DNA of 63,910 nt, counting the filler, from Octopus bimaculoides (taxonomy: Eukaryota), in NCBI RefSeq assembly GCF_001194135.2. It is 3 parts of 3 records of this genome, joined end to end, with 100 filler letters (N's around TTAATTAATTAA, not from the genome) between each part and the next. Parts side by side here need not be neighbours in the genome. Positions count along the whole stretch, not along the records: positions 31,353 to 42,517 come from NC_069000.1; positions 42,618 to 63,910 come from NC_068991.1; 1 more part is not named here. One strand, given 5' to 3'. The notes beneath the pieces were generated by a model, which saw only the letters and a list, made by a program, of their open reading frames with translations, was not told the DNA's origin and did no database searches. The translations under genes and the position numbers were made by a program. How positions within the stretch are numbered: position 1 is the stretch's first letter; each line of letters opens with the position of its first letter. This document shows positions 38,011 through 50,598 of the stretch, piece by piece.

Positions 38011-38394
38011 GTTGTTGTTGGCACTCCGTCGCTTACGACGTCGTGGGTTCCAGTTGATCCGATCAACGGAACAGCCTGCTCGTGAAATTAACGTGCAAGT
38101 GGCTGAGCACTCCACAGACCCGTATACCCTTAAAGTAGTTCTCGGGGATATTCAGCGTAACACAGTGTGACAAGGCTGACCCTTTGAATTACAGGCACAA
38201 CAGAAACAGGAAGTAAGAGTCAGAGAAAGTTGTGGTGAAAGTACAGCAGGGCTCGCCACCATCCCCTGCCGGAGCCTCGTGGTGCTTTAGGTGTTTTCGC
38301 TCAATAAACACTTACAACGCCCGGTCTGGGAATCGAAGCCGCGATCCTATGACCGCGAGTCCGCTGCCCTAACCACTGGCCCATTGCGCCTCCT
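38011..38394 (-). mobile_element. Complete SINE family C (tRNA-Arg-like head, ~385 bp) with TSD
   Basis: Head ggaggcgcaatgg..cagtggttagggcagcggactcgcggtc..ttcgattccc and (CAA)n tail. 11-bp TSD GAATCCGCACT at 38000-38010 and 38395-38405. Confidence 0.93.
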
Positions 38395-38656
38395 GAATCC
38401 GCACTAATGTACACTAATGTGCAGGTACCAGTATTGCATTTAATCATTCATGTCAATTCAATATTTGTTTAATTTAGAGTATGTTGACCAAAGTGATTAT
38501 TTCTAGTTCGGAAAAAAATCAGTAATCCGGAAGAACATCGGATTTGTAGTGCTGAGTTCAATTGTAGACCCAAGTGAACTTACTTGTGGGAGGTAGACGC
38601 CCTTATCCATAGGATCAATTGTTTCTGATATGTTTAACACCACGGAAACCTTAGAT

Positions 38657-38935
38657 CAGTGGTTCTTAATCGGAGTCCGTATGTCCTCTCAGGGTCCATA
38701 TAAGATTTTTGGGAATTTACACAGCAAAATAGTAAATTGAGGATCCACAATAATATTTTAAGGGCCCCTGAAAAAATTTTGCTCAAATGTAGGTATTGGT
38801 TTGTATTGCAAAAAGAAAAAAAAACAAAAAAAGCCCCCAGCTAGTTTTCTTTTTCTGACATTTTATATAGCTCAACCTAGACAAATTAATGTGTGAAAAT
38901 CGAATGTCTATTGGGGTCCACCAGAATAGAAATTT
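38657..38935. mobile_element. hAT-like MITE fragment (left end only)
   Basis: Begins CAGTGGTTCTTAA, with internal ggggtcca motifs as in the 4126 MITE. No right TIR found. Confidence 0.5.
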
Positions 38936-39920
38936 GAACTTGGAATTAGCAGCCATATAACATTTTAATCAATGCCGCTGTTCACCTCGAGCAGAAAGGA
39001 AAGTCCTAAATACCCTTGAAAAGATAGAAATAGTTTTTGCTTGGAATGCTTTTAATCACCAGTCGATATTAATTGGATTAATCCGAGCTAAACAATAAAC
39101 AACAGCAGTTTAAACTTTGCAGTGTCTAATCCCGATCGTCTGCATTCAAATCTTGCTGGAGGCAAATTTTCTTTTCAATTAAACAAATCATATCAATCAT
39201 AAAAGTGTGTGTGCAAGGATTAAAACCTCAGCGAATACTTTACCGATTCTCTATCAGCGAAAAGTAGCTTCCGTCATGTCAATTATATATCAGGAGAAGA
39301 CGTGGACGTCACAAAATCACATTTTCCTCTCCCATCCAAATCACAGAGATTTTACGGTAGCTAAGAAAAAAACCTAATTTACGGTCATCTTTATTCTAAA
39401 AAAACTGTTTGAAATCTAAGCTATGAGGAAGGCTTTATTTGGTAACTGGAACTGCTAAAAATACCAACTAAGTAACCCTCAAATAAACATCCCCTCACTT
39501 AAGACAAGAACAAACGTTGAATAAGGATAATGTCAGCCTAGAAGAGGTATATCTAGGAAATAGATAGAAAAGGTCACGGTTGGAATGCTTTGGAACATAG
39601 GTCTACTCGATCAGAGCTGATCCCTGGGCTTTATTATTCATTATTTTGTTTTTGTTTACTTACTGGGTCTGAAACAAGGGGCATTGATCATGAACTTTCC
39701 AGGCACTTTCCAAGACTGGCGAGATCGATACAGTTGGCAGTCAAAGATTAAACGGCAAAAGAAGAAGGAGAAGAAGGAGGAGGAGGAGAAGAAGAAGAAG
39801 AAGAAGAAGAAGAAAAGAAGGAGAAGAAGAAGAAGAACAAGGGGAAGAGAAGGAGGAGAAGGAGAAGAAGAAGAACAACAACAACTATTGCTGCAGTTAC
39901 TAATACTACTGTTGTTGTTG

Positions 39921-39977
<57 letters not shown>

Positions 39978-40149
39978 TTTCATTAATAGGATGCAAACTT
40001 CATCGGCCAAACTCTTGAACCAATGACCACATCAGCATCATCATTATCATGATCATCATGAACAACAACAACAACAACAACAACGCCAACAACAACAACA
40101 CCAACAACAACACCAGCCAGGTTTACATATCAGAATTCAAGAGACATTC

Positions 40150-40255
40150 TCGCAAAAATGGCCGACAGCTCTGGTGTGACTTTGAATTTTTGCTCGAACA
40201 TTATGACGTCTTTTATCAATGGCATTTACCGGAAGTGTATCGATTCACGTGACTG
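40150..40255. promoter_or_regulatory. Candidate TATA-less housekeeping-type promoter (motif cluster)
   Basis: Within ~100 bp: AAAATGGC (YY1, 40155), ATGACGTC (CRE/ATF, 40203), ACCGGAAGTG (ETS, 40228), TATCGAT (DRE-like, 40238) and TCACGTGA (E-box, 40245). Confidence 0.5.
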
Positions 40256-40613
40256 TTGACTGATTTCTTCTACTGTCTATTCAGTGAACTTATAAGAACA
40301 GTTTCAAAATGGTCTCTTAGTGGCCAACAACAACAACAACAATAACAATAGAATACAACTGTACTTTGAACGACTTCTTTTCGCCTCTTTTAATACCTCT
40401 CACTGCTCCTCTTCACTAAATCTCTTTCTTTGTCACTTTCATTGTTCTCTGTTGTTTTTTCTTCGCCTCTCCAACTCTGTAGCCTAATTACTTCCTTTTT
40501 TTCTTCGCTTTTTTTCTTCTTTCCCATCTTTCTTTTTTCTACTTTTTTCTTCCTTCTTTCTTCTTTCCTTTCCGTCTCCTTTCCTTTCCTCTTACATTTT
40601 CTTTCTCCCCCCC

Positions 40614-40619
<6 letters not shown>

Positions 40620-40670
<51 letters not shown>

Positions 40671-40742
40671 CTCGTCTATCCATCCATCCATCCATCCATC
40701 CATCCACCCATCCATTGATCCACTCATCCATCCATCCATCCA

Positions 40743-40793
<51 letters not shown>

Positions 40794-40815
40794 GTACGTA
40801 TCTGTCTGTCTGTCT
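40620..40815. repeat. (TATC)n/(TCCA)n microsatellites within a long pyrimidine-rich tract (~40380-41520)
   Basis: Directly visible. Confidence 0.9.
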
Positions 40816-40972
40816 GTCTACTTATTCACATATATATGTCTCCACACTTGACTCAACAATACTACATTGTCATCTATGTCAATCCCTTCTCACCCTCTCA
40901 CCATCAATGTACCTCTATTTATTATCAATGTGTTTTTACCCTTACAGCTACTTTATCCTCCTTCAAACACAC

Positions 40973-41016
<44 letters not shown>

Positions 41017-41629
41017 GCACACGCATCACTCAGTTTTACTCTCTATATGTCCTAGTGTCCTCTTCTCTTTAAGTTCCCTCCCAATTTCTCTTTCCCTCCT
41101 CCCTCTTACTATTTTTTATATCTCCATATTTCCACCCCTTTTCGCGTTCATTCCCGCTCTCCTAGTCACTCTCACAAACTCATATCTTTTCTCCTCATAC
41201 TCGTGCATTTTTTGTCTATTATTTTCTATATAACTCTTCACCACGTCATCTTAATCCTCTCGCCTCTAATGCTCTCAGCCTCTCTTCTCCATTCTCCGCC
41301 CTCATTTTAGAACACTTTATCATTTTCATTGTATCAATCAATCGATTTCTTCATTTCGTTTCCTGCATTACTTTCTTCTACTCACTGTTTGCCTTTCATC
41401 ACTTCACCAACATCATTATCTTCCTTATCCATTCGTTTACTCTTTTGGTCATCTGTCCATTATTTCTCCTCATATTTCTCATCTTTTAGTCGCCTGCAAA
41501 ACGTCTCTTCGACCTCCTTAAAATTTACGATCTAAATTTCTCCGAAGAATTGCGATAATTCGAATTTCCTTGCCTCAATAATTCCCTTTGCTTCCATCGG
41601 TCCCGTTGTTATACCAGCAATACCTGCAC

Positions 41630-41763
41630 ACGAATGGCTGTGTGGTAAGTAGCTTGCTTACCAACTACATGGTTCCGGGTTCAGTCCTACTGTGTGGCAA
41701 CTTAGGCAAGTGTTTTCTACTATAGCCTCAGGTCGACCAAAGCCTTGTGAGTGGATTTGGTGG
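41630..41763 (+). mobile_element. SINE family A head, truncated
   Basis: tggctgtgtggtaagtagc...gtgagtggatttggt. Confidence 0.85.
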
Positions 41764-41775
41764 AATCTGTAGTGG

Positions 41776-41850
41776 GGGAGCTTAGCTCAATCGGTCAGAG
41801 CACCGCGACGCGTAATCACGAAGGTGTGAGTTCGTGTCTCATAGCTAACC
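41776..41850 (+). pseudogene. tRNA-like sequence (CGT anticodon position), probably a pseudogene or SINE head
   Basis: Partial cloverleaf: D arm GCTC/GAGC, T arm GTGAG-TTCGTGT-CTCAT, acceptor stem 5/7 paired, U33 missing. A T-run follows about 10 nt downstream. Confidence 0.5.
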
Positions 41851-42042
41851 GCCTACACTTTTTTTCTGCCAAATAGGGGTAGCTTATCCTTTTTAGTCAC
41901 ATTATGCAGGATGCATTCACCAAATTTAGACACCTTATCTAGTTCATAAAGGTGTTTTAAGATCGAAGTATGACTCGAATTGAACTGTTTTGCTAATTCT
42001 CGTTCCATTTAACTTCGGTTTTCACACACACACACACACACA

Positions 42043-42086
<44 letters not shown>

Positions 42087-44032
42087 CACACATACTTCCA
42101 GATTCGAATTATCTATCTATCTATCTCCCTGCCTGTCTGTATGTCTGTCTTTCTATCTCTATATCAGACCATCTCTCTCCTGCTTCTCTTTATATATATA
42201 TACACATACACACACACACATATATATATAGTCCCACATCCCCATCCTCCACCAGCTCCTCCTGCTCTTACTGCTCCTCCTCCTCCACCTCTTCTCTCTC
42301 ACACTCCATTGCATCACACTGCTCTTCTCTTCCTCTCTCTCTCTCTCTCTCTCATTTACTCCCACTCTCTTTCCATAAATTCCAACACTTATTTCCTCTA
42401 AACCACCGCCAGTATCACCGCCACCACCACCACCACCACCAACTCTAACACCATCACCCCCACCATCCTCATCACCACCCACACCCGACTCCTACCCCAC
42501 CCCCACCCACCAACCTANNNNNNNNNNNNNNNNNNNNNNNNNNNNNNNNNNNNNNNNNNNNTTAATTAATTAANNNNNNNNNNNNNNNNNNNNNNNNNNN
42601 NNNNNNNNNNNNNNNNNTATATATATATATGTATGTATGCATATATGTATGTATATATGTGTTTGCTGTTTGTGTCTGTGTTTGTCCCCACACCATCGCT
42701 TGACAACCGATGTTAGTGTGTTTACGTCCCCCGTGTTCTAGCAGTTCGGCAAGAAAAGACCGATAGAATAAGTACTAGGCTTACAAAGAATAAGATCTGG
42801 GGTCGATTTATTCAAAAAGAATAAAAATGATACAAAAAGAAGGTAAAATACATCGGGACATTACAGAAATCAACGAAATTCCGCCGCGGTCGACTTTGCT
42901 TTTCAGAAGTTTTGGTTCGATAAATCAATGTACCAGTCATGTACTGGGGTCGGTAAACTCGACTCCCTCTTCCCCTCCTAAACTGTTGACTCTGTGCCAA
43001 ACTTTCAAACCATTGTAGATATAAACATTAAAATCTGACTTGATGGCCATAGAGTACTTTCGACTACAGGTCTACTCAGTCAGGGCGTCTTGGAGCTAAC
43101 AACGATGACGGGGACGACGACGACGATGACAACATCAGTAAGGACAAGACCCTTATGATACCATCAATACCATTCTAGCCATAGCGTTTCTATTGGCAAC
43201 CAGTCACAGCTACTTCACCACCGTCACGACCACAACCGCCATTGCCAAGAACACAAATGCCATAACCATTAACACCAACCTTCACCACCACCACCACCGC
43301 CGCCNNNNNNNNNNNNNNNNNNNNNNNNNNNNNNNNNNNNNNNNNNNNNNNNNNNNNNNNNNNNNNNNNNNNNNNNNNNNNNNNNNNNNNNNNNNNNNNN
43401 NNNNNNNNNNNNNNNNNNNNNNNNNNNNNNNNNNNNNNNNNNNNNNNNNNNNNNNNNNNNNNNNNNNNNNNNNNNNNNNNNNNNNNNNNNNNNNNNNNNN
43501 NNNNNNNNNNNNNNNNNNNNNNNNNNNNNNNNNNNNNNNNNNNNNNNNNNNNNNNNNNNNNNNNNNNNNNNNNNNNNNNNNNNNNNNNNNNNNNNNNNNN
43601 NNNNNNNNNNNNNNNNNNNNNNNNNNNNNNNNNNNNNNNNNNNNNNNNNNNNNNNNNNNNNNNNNNNNNNNNNNNNNNNNNNNNNNNNNNNNNNNNNNNN
43701 NNNNNNNNNNNNNNNNNNNNNNNNNNNNNNNNNNNNNNNNNNNNNNNNNNNNNNNNNNNNNNNNNNNNNNNNNNNNNNNNNNNNNNNNNNNNNNNNNNNN
43801 NNNNNNNNNNNNNNNNNNNNNNNNNNNNNNNNNNNNNNNNNNTATAATAGTGGCTGCCATTGTTAAGCTTTTAGTTCATTGGGTGTATGTTGAGAAACGG
43901 GATTTGGAATTATCATGTGATTAAACGAACACATTCATGAAAAAACAAAAAAAAAACAATAAACAAAAATAAAAACACAATTTTATGCGCCTTCATGCAC
44001 GTACATGCTCATATGCACACACACACAGAAAC

Positions 44033-44063
<31 letters not shown>

Positions 44064-44265
44064 CATACATGCACAGGCGCATATGGTTAAACAGATTCAA
44101 ATATCATCCAGTGAAGGAAATTTATATACGATTGATCGGCGTGTCAGAAATAGCAGCTAAATATGCTATTAAAAGCAAAAGAGTAACCTATTGGGACATA
44201 CTAGAATATGCATTATTCACATTATTTACATTTGACGGCTATTTGTCCTCATCTTGTTTGTTGTT

Positions 44266-44311
44266 AACATAACGCTTCAGCTGATATACCTTCAAGCCTT
44301 CATCAGGTGTC
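44266..44311 (-). ncRNA. Mirror hammerhead motif, probably inactive
   Basis: GACAC-CUGAUGA-A-GGCU..AGCU-GAAG-CGUU-AUGUU. GAAA is mutated to GAAG. Confidence 0.55.
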
Positions 44312-44418
44312 TTGGAGGAAATTTCGAATCTGGATTCTCATTCCTAAGGTATTTAGGAATGAGAACCTTAGGTTCCTAATATCTTAGGAATGAGAACCCA
44401 GATTCGAAATTTCCCCTA

Positions 44419-44464
44419 GACACCTGATGAAGGTTGGAGGGTATATCAGCCGAAACGTTGTGTT
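44419..44464 (+). ncRNA. Minimal type-I hammerhead ribozyme, all core nucleotides intact
   Basis: GACAC-CUGAUGA-A-GGUUG(GAGGGUAUAU)CAGCC-GAAA-CGUU-GUGUU. Stem I is GACAC/GUGUU, stem III is palindromic ACGU, and the predicted cleavage is after GUU (44459). Confidence 0.8.
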
Positions 44465-46109
44465 AACAACAAACAAGATAAGGACAAATATCCGTTGAAT
44501 GTAAATAATGTAAATAATGTAAATAATCCACATAATTCCTCATCTCTTAAATATAGACCTGTATACTAGAATATATTGGTATGCAAAACATTTGAGCGAA
44601 AACTCATTCCGTCCATTCATCTTCATAGTCCACTACTCCTGTGAGTGTAGTGGGAGTGGGGGTCCTTAGATAAACATTCCAAGGAGTCTTATCTGAAGTG
44701 TCTGTTCCAGCTAGATCCCCTAACAAAACTAACTGAAGCTACGAACATTATCCATCCATATACCCTGCTCATGATTGAACAAGCAGACCTCCTGCCAATA
44801 GGCTAATGTTTGTAAATTCTGTTTTGCGATTCGGTTCTCAGACATTCTAATCATATAGCCGTAAGCATAGGAACCATAACCTCTTTATGCAAAGTTGGTC
44901 GACTTGGAGCGACTCCCTATTTTGCGAAAAACAAAAAAAAAACCCCAAAAAATGCCATTTCAACCCTTCTCAAGTGACGCTTCGGAGGAAATCCCATTCG
45001 ATTACAATACAATTTACAAAAAAGTTAAGCGAAAAAAATATTTGAGCAAAGTAACAGTTACTTGAGTCAACAATTAATTGAAGTGAAAGAAGTTACTGAC
45101 TCGAGTCGTAAGACTCATAGGTTCGCTTAACCGGTTCCCAATGGCGTGTAAGTGACCGATACAATAACATGCCATCTGAATGGAACGCCAATCAGTCGCA
45201 GAGTTGCTCATTTACAGCTGAGTGGCCTGGAGTAACGTCAAAGGAAGTGCTTTGTTCAACGACACGATACCTGTTTTAAGAATTGAAATAATGATCTCAT
45301 GATTATGAGAGCAAAACTAGGTCACGTGTTTTCACAGTCGCATTAAAGCAATTATGAAAGTAATGTTTTTCCTTTAGGCACAGGGCTTGAAAGTTTGGGA
45401 GAAGACGACTAGAAGACTATACCGCTCCCCTAGAACATGATGGTACTTATTTTATCCTCGAAAGGTTCAAAGGCAAAGCCGACCTTAGTGGAATTGCAAT
45501 TCAGAATGTAATGCCGGACGAAATGCCACTACTCGTTTTATCCAGCATGTCAACGATTATGTCTGCTCGTCGACTTGTTCTTTAGTAATAAAAAAATTGA
45601 ATGAAATTTAACAACATAATCTCTCTCCTACGAACGTTATTCCGAATCTCAAATATTGAAAACTCTTTTTAGTTAGCGATGAAGGTAATTCCTATGACTT
45701 TTACAGGGGATCCAAGACTAGTAGAAGGAAGGGACGAAGTTATCCTCAAACTACTCACCTGGCTCAAATGCTTGCGATAAAATGCACTCTCCCCCACAGG
45801 CGGCTAAGAACCAAGCAGCGGAGTCAAATCAGTCCTATGCAGCGGAAGACCATTAACTGCAGCAATGACACGAATGCTTTGGGAGTGGACGAACTTATTC
45901 GCACACATAGATGAGTCACAATTCATGGATGTGAATGTATATATAAATGCAGGTATATCCTTTCTTCTGTCATACTTTCACCTAAATGTTTTCCATAAAT
46001 AAGATTTCGTTTGTGCTTAAGAATCGAAACTACGACTGTGCAATTTACACTGTATCTATAAAAGGTTACATAACAAATTTAGAAAATATTTGAATATTTT
46101 CACTACACC

Positions 46110-46492
46110 GTTGTTGGCACACCGTCGCTTACGACGTCAAGGGTTCCAGTTGATCTAATCAACGGAACAGCCTGCTCGTGAAATTAACGTGCAAGTGGCT
46201 GAGCATTCCACAGACACGTGTACCCTTAACGTAGTTCTCGGGAATATTCAGCGTTACACAGTGTGACAAGGCTGACCCTTTGAATTACAGGCACAACAGA
46301 AACAGGAAGTAAGAGTGAGAGAAAGTTGTGGTGAAAGAGTGCAGCAGGCTTCGCCACCATCCCCTGCCGGAGTATCATAGAGCTTTAGGTGTTTTCGCTC
46401 AAGAAACACTCACAACACCGGGGTCTGAGGATCGAAACCGCAATCCTACGACCGCGAGTCCGCTGCTCTAACCACTGGGCCATTGCGCCTCC
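46110..46492 (-). mobile_element. Complete SINE family C copy
   Basis: Colinear with 38011-38394. Flanked by a 44-bp direct repeat (46066-46109 / 46508-46551). Confidence 0.92.
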
Positions 46493-48079
46493 ACTAAAAA
46501 AAAAAACTTACATAACAAATTCAGAAAATATTTGAATATTTTCACTACTCCACTTACAGATAAAAGTATCCGATTAGAAGACAGATGGACACGTATACTG
46601 CCAGGCAACCTTGCGTTTTCCAAAGTTACTACTTCAGGAAAAAATATCATAGCCAAGTGCAACAATAACTATAGGTATACAAGTTAATATAAACTAGAGA
46701 ATCTATGTTTAAAAATACTTCATCATAACAGTTCTCTTTCTGACAGATTTAAAATTAATCGCTCATGCCCGCAGGGTAGGTGCCCAGTCCGCCAGCACAT
46801 CAGTTTGTTTTGGTCCCAAACAAGTGTATCGGGTTTGTTGTATGAATAAAATACTTAACATATTTACATTATTTATAGTTTTGAATGTCTCCATTCACAT
46901 GATTTGGCCCGTTGATCTTTTTATGTTTAAGAAAAGATGTTTGGCAAATAAAATTGGAGATTTCTCAATTCACCTATCGACTCGGTCCAACTTTGTAAAT
47001 TATATTTTAAATAAAATACAGTATATATATATATGTATATTACGTATGTATGTTTATATGTATGTGTGTACGTATGTATTATATATATATATATATATNN
47101 NNNNNNNNNNNNNNNNNNNNNNNNNNNNNNNNNNNNNNNNNNNNNNNNNNNNNNNNNNNNNNNNNNNNNNNNNNNNNNNNNNNNNNNNNNNNNNNNNNNN
47201 NNNNNNNNNNNNNNNNNNNNNNNNNNNNNNNNNNNNNNNNNNNNNNNNNNNNNNNNNNNNNNNNNNNNNNNNNNNNNNNNNNNNNNNNNNNNNNNNNNNN
47301 NNNNNNNNNNNNNNNNNNNNNNNNNNNNNNNNNNNNNNNNNNNNNNNNNNNNNNNNNNNNNNNNNNNNNNNNNNNNNNNNNNNNNNNNNNNNNNNNNNNN
47401 NNNNNNNNNNNNNNNNNNNNNNNNNNNNNNNNNNNNNNNNNNNNNNNNNNNNNNNNNNNNNNNNNNNNNNNNNNNNNNNNNNNNNNNNNNNNNNNNNNNN
47501 NNNNNNNNNNNNNNNNNNNNNNNNNNNNNNNNNNNNNNNNNNNNNNNNNNNNNNNNNNNNNNNNNNNNNNNNNNNNNNNNNNNNNNNNNNNNNNNNNNNN
47601 NNNNNNNNNNNNNNNNNNNNNNNNNNNNNNNNNNNNNNNNNNNNNNNNNNNNNNNNNNNNNNNNNNNNNNNNNNNNNNNNNNNNNNNNNNNNNNNNNNNN
47701 NNNNNNNNNNNNNNNNNNNNNNNNNNNNNNNNNNNNNNNNNNNNNNNNNNNNNNNNNNNNNNNNNNNNNNNNNNNNNNNNNNNNNNNNNNNNNNNNNNNN
47801 NNNNNNNNNNNNNNNNNNNNNNNNNNNNNNNNNNNNNNNNNNNNNNNNNNNNNNNNNNNNNNNNNNNNNNNNNNNNNNNNNNNNNNNNNNNNNNNNNNNN
47901 NNNNNNNNNNNNNNNNNNNNNNNNNNNNNNNNNNNATGTAATTGTCTTTGTGTGTTTTTAATTGGCTAGAATTAATCTTCACTGATGTAATTAATTCTTC
48001 TGTTGCTTTGTTGCACTTTCAGCACACAATCTCAGATCGAGTAATTTATTTTTCATACAAGTAAAGCTCTGAAGTTAAC

Positions 48080-48121
<42 letters not shown>

Positions 48122-48218
48122 TACATGTATATGTATATGTGCGTGTGTATGTGTGTGTGTGTGTATTATTTATGTATGTATGTATGTATGTATGTAAGTA
48201 TGTATGTATGTATGTATG

Positions 48219-48249
<31 letters not shown>

Positions 48250-50159
48250 ATATATATATATATGTATATATAGCTTTGTGTGTGCGCGTATGAGTAGTGT
48301 GTGTCTGTGTGTGTGCATGTATGAACAGTGTCTATACGTTACGTATGATACATACATGACTCTGATATATGTATAGGATGCAATCACTCGCATATATATG
48401 TGTGCATACACTCCTGCACACATATATAGTGGAAAATTCTGACACAGATAATTTTGAAGATACAAAAAAAGGCTATACGGCCAGACGTGAAAGATTGTGT
48501 ATATTGAACGCTGTGAAGCAACGAACTGGAAGGAAGGCTGTTTGTGTGCGTGCTTGGCGATAGCCAAGGAAGAAAGAAAGTAAGCAGGGCTGGACACATG
48601 TGACCAGCGAGGGGTAAGGAGAAAGAATGGTAGAGGGAGAAAAAAAGGGGAAATTAGAAAATAGGTGAGCAATGAGAGACAGGGAGAAAGAGAGAGCTAT
48701 AGTAGTAACAGAAGGAAGAACGAGAGGGGGGATAGATACAAAGATAGAAAGATAGATAGAGTCGCAACAGAAAATATAAAGTTCAAAACTTACTTGCAGG
48801 CATGACGCGTGCGTTCGATTATGTGATACAAATAATAAATGAGTATATGCATATATACGTACAGGTGAGAGAGAGAGAGACAGAGAGAGACAGAGACAGA
48901 GACAGAGAGACAGAGAGAAAGACAGAGAGACAGAGAGAGAGAGAGACAGAGACAGAGAGAAAGAGAGTGAGAGGCAGAGATTCATACATACATGTACGTA
49001 AATATGAAAGTCTATTCATTCTGTTTTTAATTTAGAGTAATATTTGACAGGCCTCCGACTTTGTAGTAAGGTTGTGAAGGAAAGTATCATGATTCAACCG
49101 TCATCCATTAAATCTTAAGAAGATCTTGAAGATATTTATAGAGCCAGATCTCGTGACCATTTATAGCTTATGAATTAACGATTGACGTTCTCTCCCCAAG
49201 ATTCCAAGTTCGACCATACTTTGCTCCGGGCGGATTGGTATATATCCTATTGCTCCAATAATTTTGAGTATAAGCTAAAAGTGTATCTTTAGTACGCATG
49301 TATGTATGTATGTATGTATGTATGTATGTATGCATACATGTACGTATATATATGTATATATATATGATGTATGTATTTTAATATACACATTCTTTGCTAT
49401 GTTAAATGACGTTCCATTACAAAAGAATGCACTTAAGTCTAGCGTGCCATTTCCATTTTAAGACGCAATATGCAATATGAGGGAAATTAGACTACTATTT
49501 TTAGCCGATTCAGTAATTGCTTAGAGACGCTTTCATTGACTTGGTTATTAGTAATTTTGTTGTGTAAAATGCGACTAAGAAAAGAAGCTAAGCTATAGTT
49601 TCTAAACAATCATGAGATTACATAGAGAGAAGCTTTGTCGTTGTCCTTTCAATTCTCTGTGGTTGATATATTAAATAATAGAAATTGCCAACAATATACA
49701 TAGATTGCGGAAACTGCCTTTCATGACATGCAACCACACGTACGAACACTATATTTCACTGCACCCACAACAAAAATTCACCTTCCTCGTTTCAAAATGA
49801 ACAATACGTTCATTTTTATCACATTTGTTGTGAACAATGGCGTCGTTCATGATGAGTTGCCAACTTGACACTCAAGGTGTTCATTGTATTTCTGATGACG
49901 AGAGTGACAAAGAAGTATTCAAGCAGGTCAGAGTGAGAATGTATACCGCAATTTCTTTCTATTCAGATCACCGGTATGCTTCTCCTTCTCATGGCATACA
50001 TTTCGATGTGGTTTAAGGTTAATTTCCACTGCAAAGCACCGTCAACTACATTATAAATCCGGGTGGTCCGATAAATGCTTTGTGAGTGGATATCCTGGAA
50101 GGAAACTGTGTGTAAGCCGGGGCAATATCCGTCTCTCTTTCTCTCTCTGTATATATTAA

Positions 50160-50442
50160 TACATGTTGAATTGAACAGGCTTTATTAGAAATCACTCCCA
50201 TCGTAGCAATATATCATTTTCAGCTGCTAACTGCTGAATATTTCATAAATTATATGCACTATTGCTGTATACATGCCTATAGATGTCATATCCTATCAAT
50301 GATGTATGCAGCTAATTTTGAATCATATTAATGCAATATTGCGTATAATTTATGTACAGCTGAAATTTATAATTTATAACAGCTGAAAATGATGCGTCGA
50401 AACAATTGTAGTGATTTGTAATAAAGCTTCTTCAATACTGTA
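50160..50442. mobile_element. Palindromic MITE-like element
   Basis: Left ggctttattagaaatcact..atcattttcagctg..ataaattatatgca mirrors right tgcgtataatttat..cagctgaaaatgat..agtgatttgtaataaagct. Ends in TA. Confidence 0.5.
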
Positions 50443-50562
50443 CAGAAATTTGTGGATCGCTACGCGTATATACAGTAATTGAAAAAGACCTACTGTTTAG
50501 TAACATTTGGTAGCCGATACCCTGATACGAGCCTTGGGAAGGACACTATAAGGTTATTATCC

Positions 50563-50597
<35 letters not shown>

Positions 50598-50598
<1 letters not shown>

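Larger units (their letters stand above)
44210..44562 (+). mobile_element. Fold-back Penelope-pLTR/retrozyme-like element with 12-bp flanking direct repeat
   Basis: Arms 44212-44359 and 44373-44518 are reverse complements around a 13-nt spacer. ATACTAGAATAT lies at 44198-44209 and 44563-44574. Confidence 0.8.
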
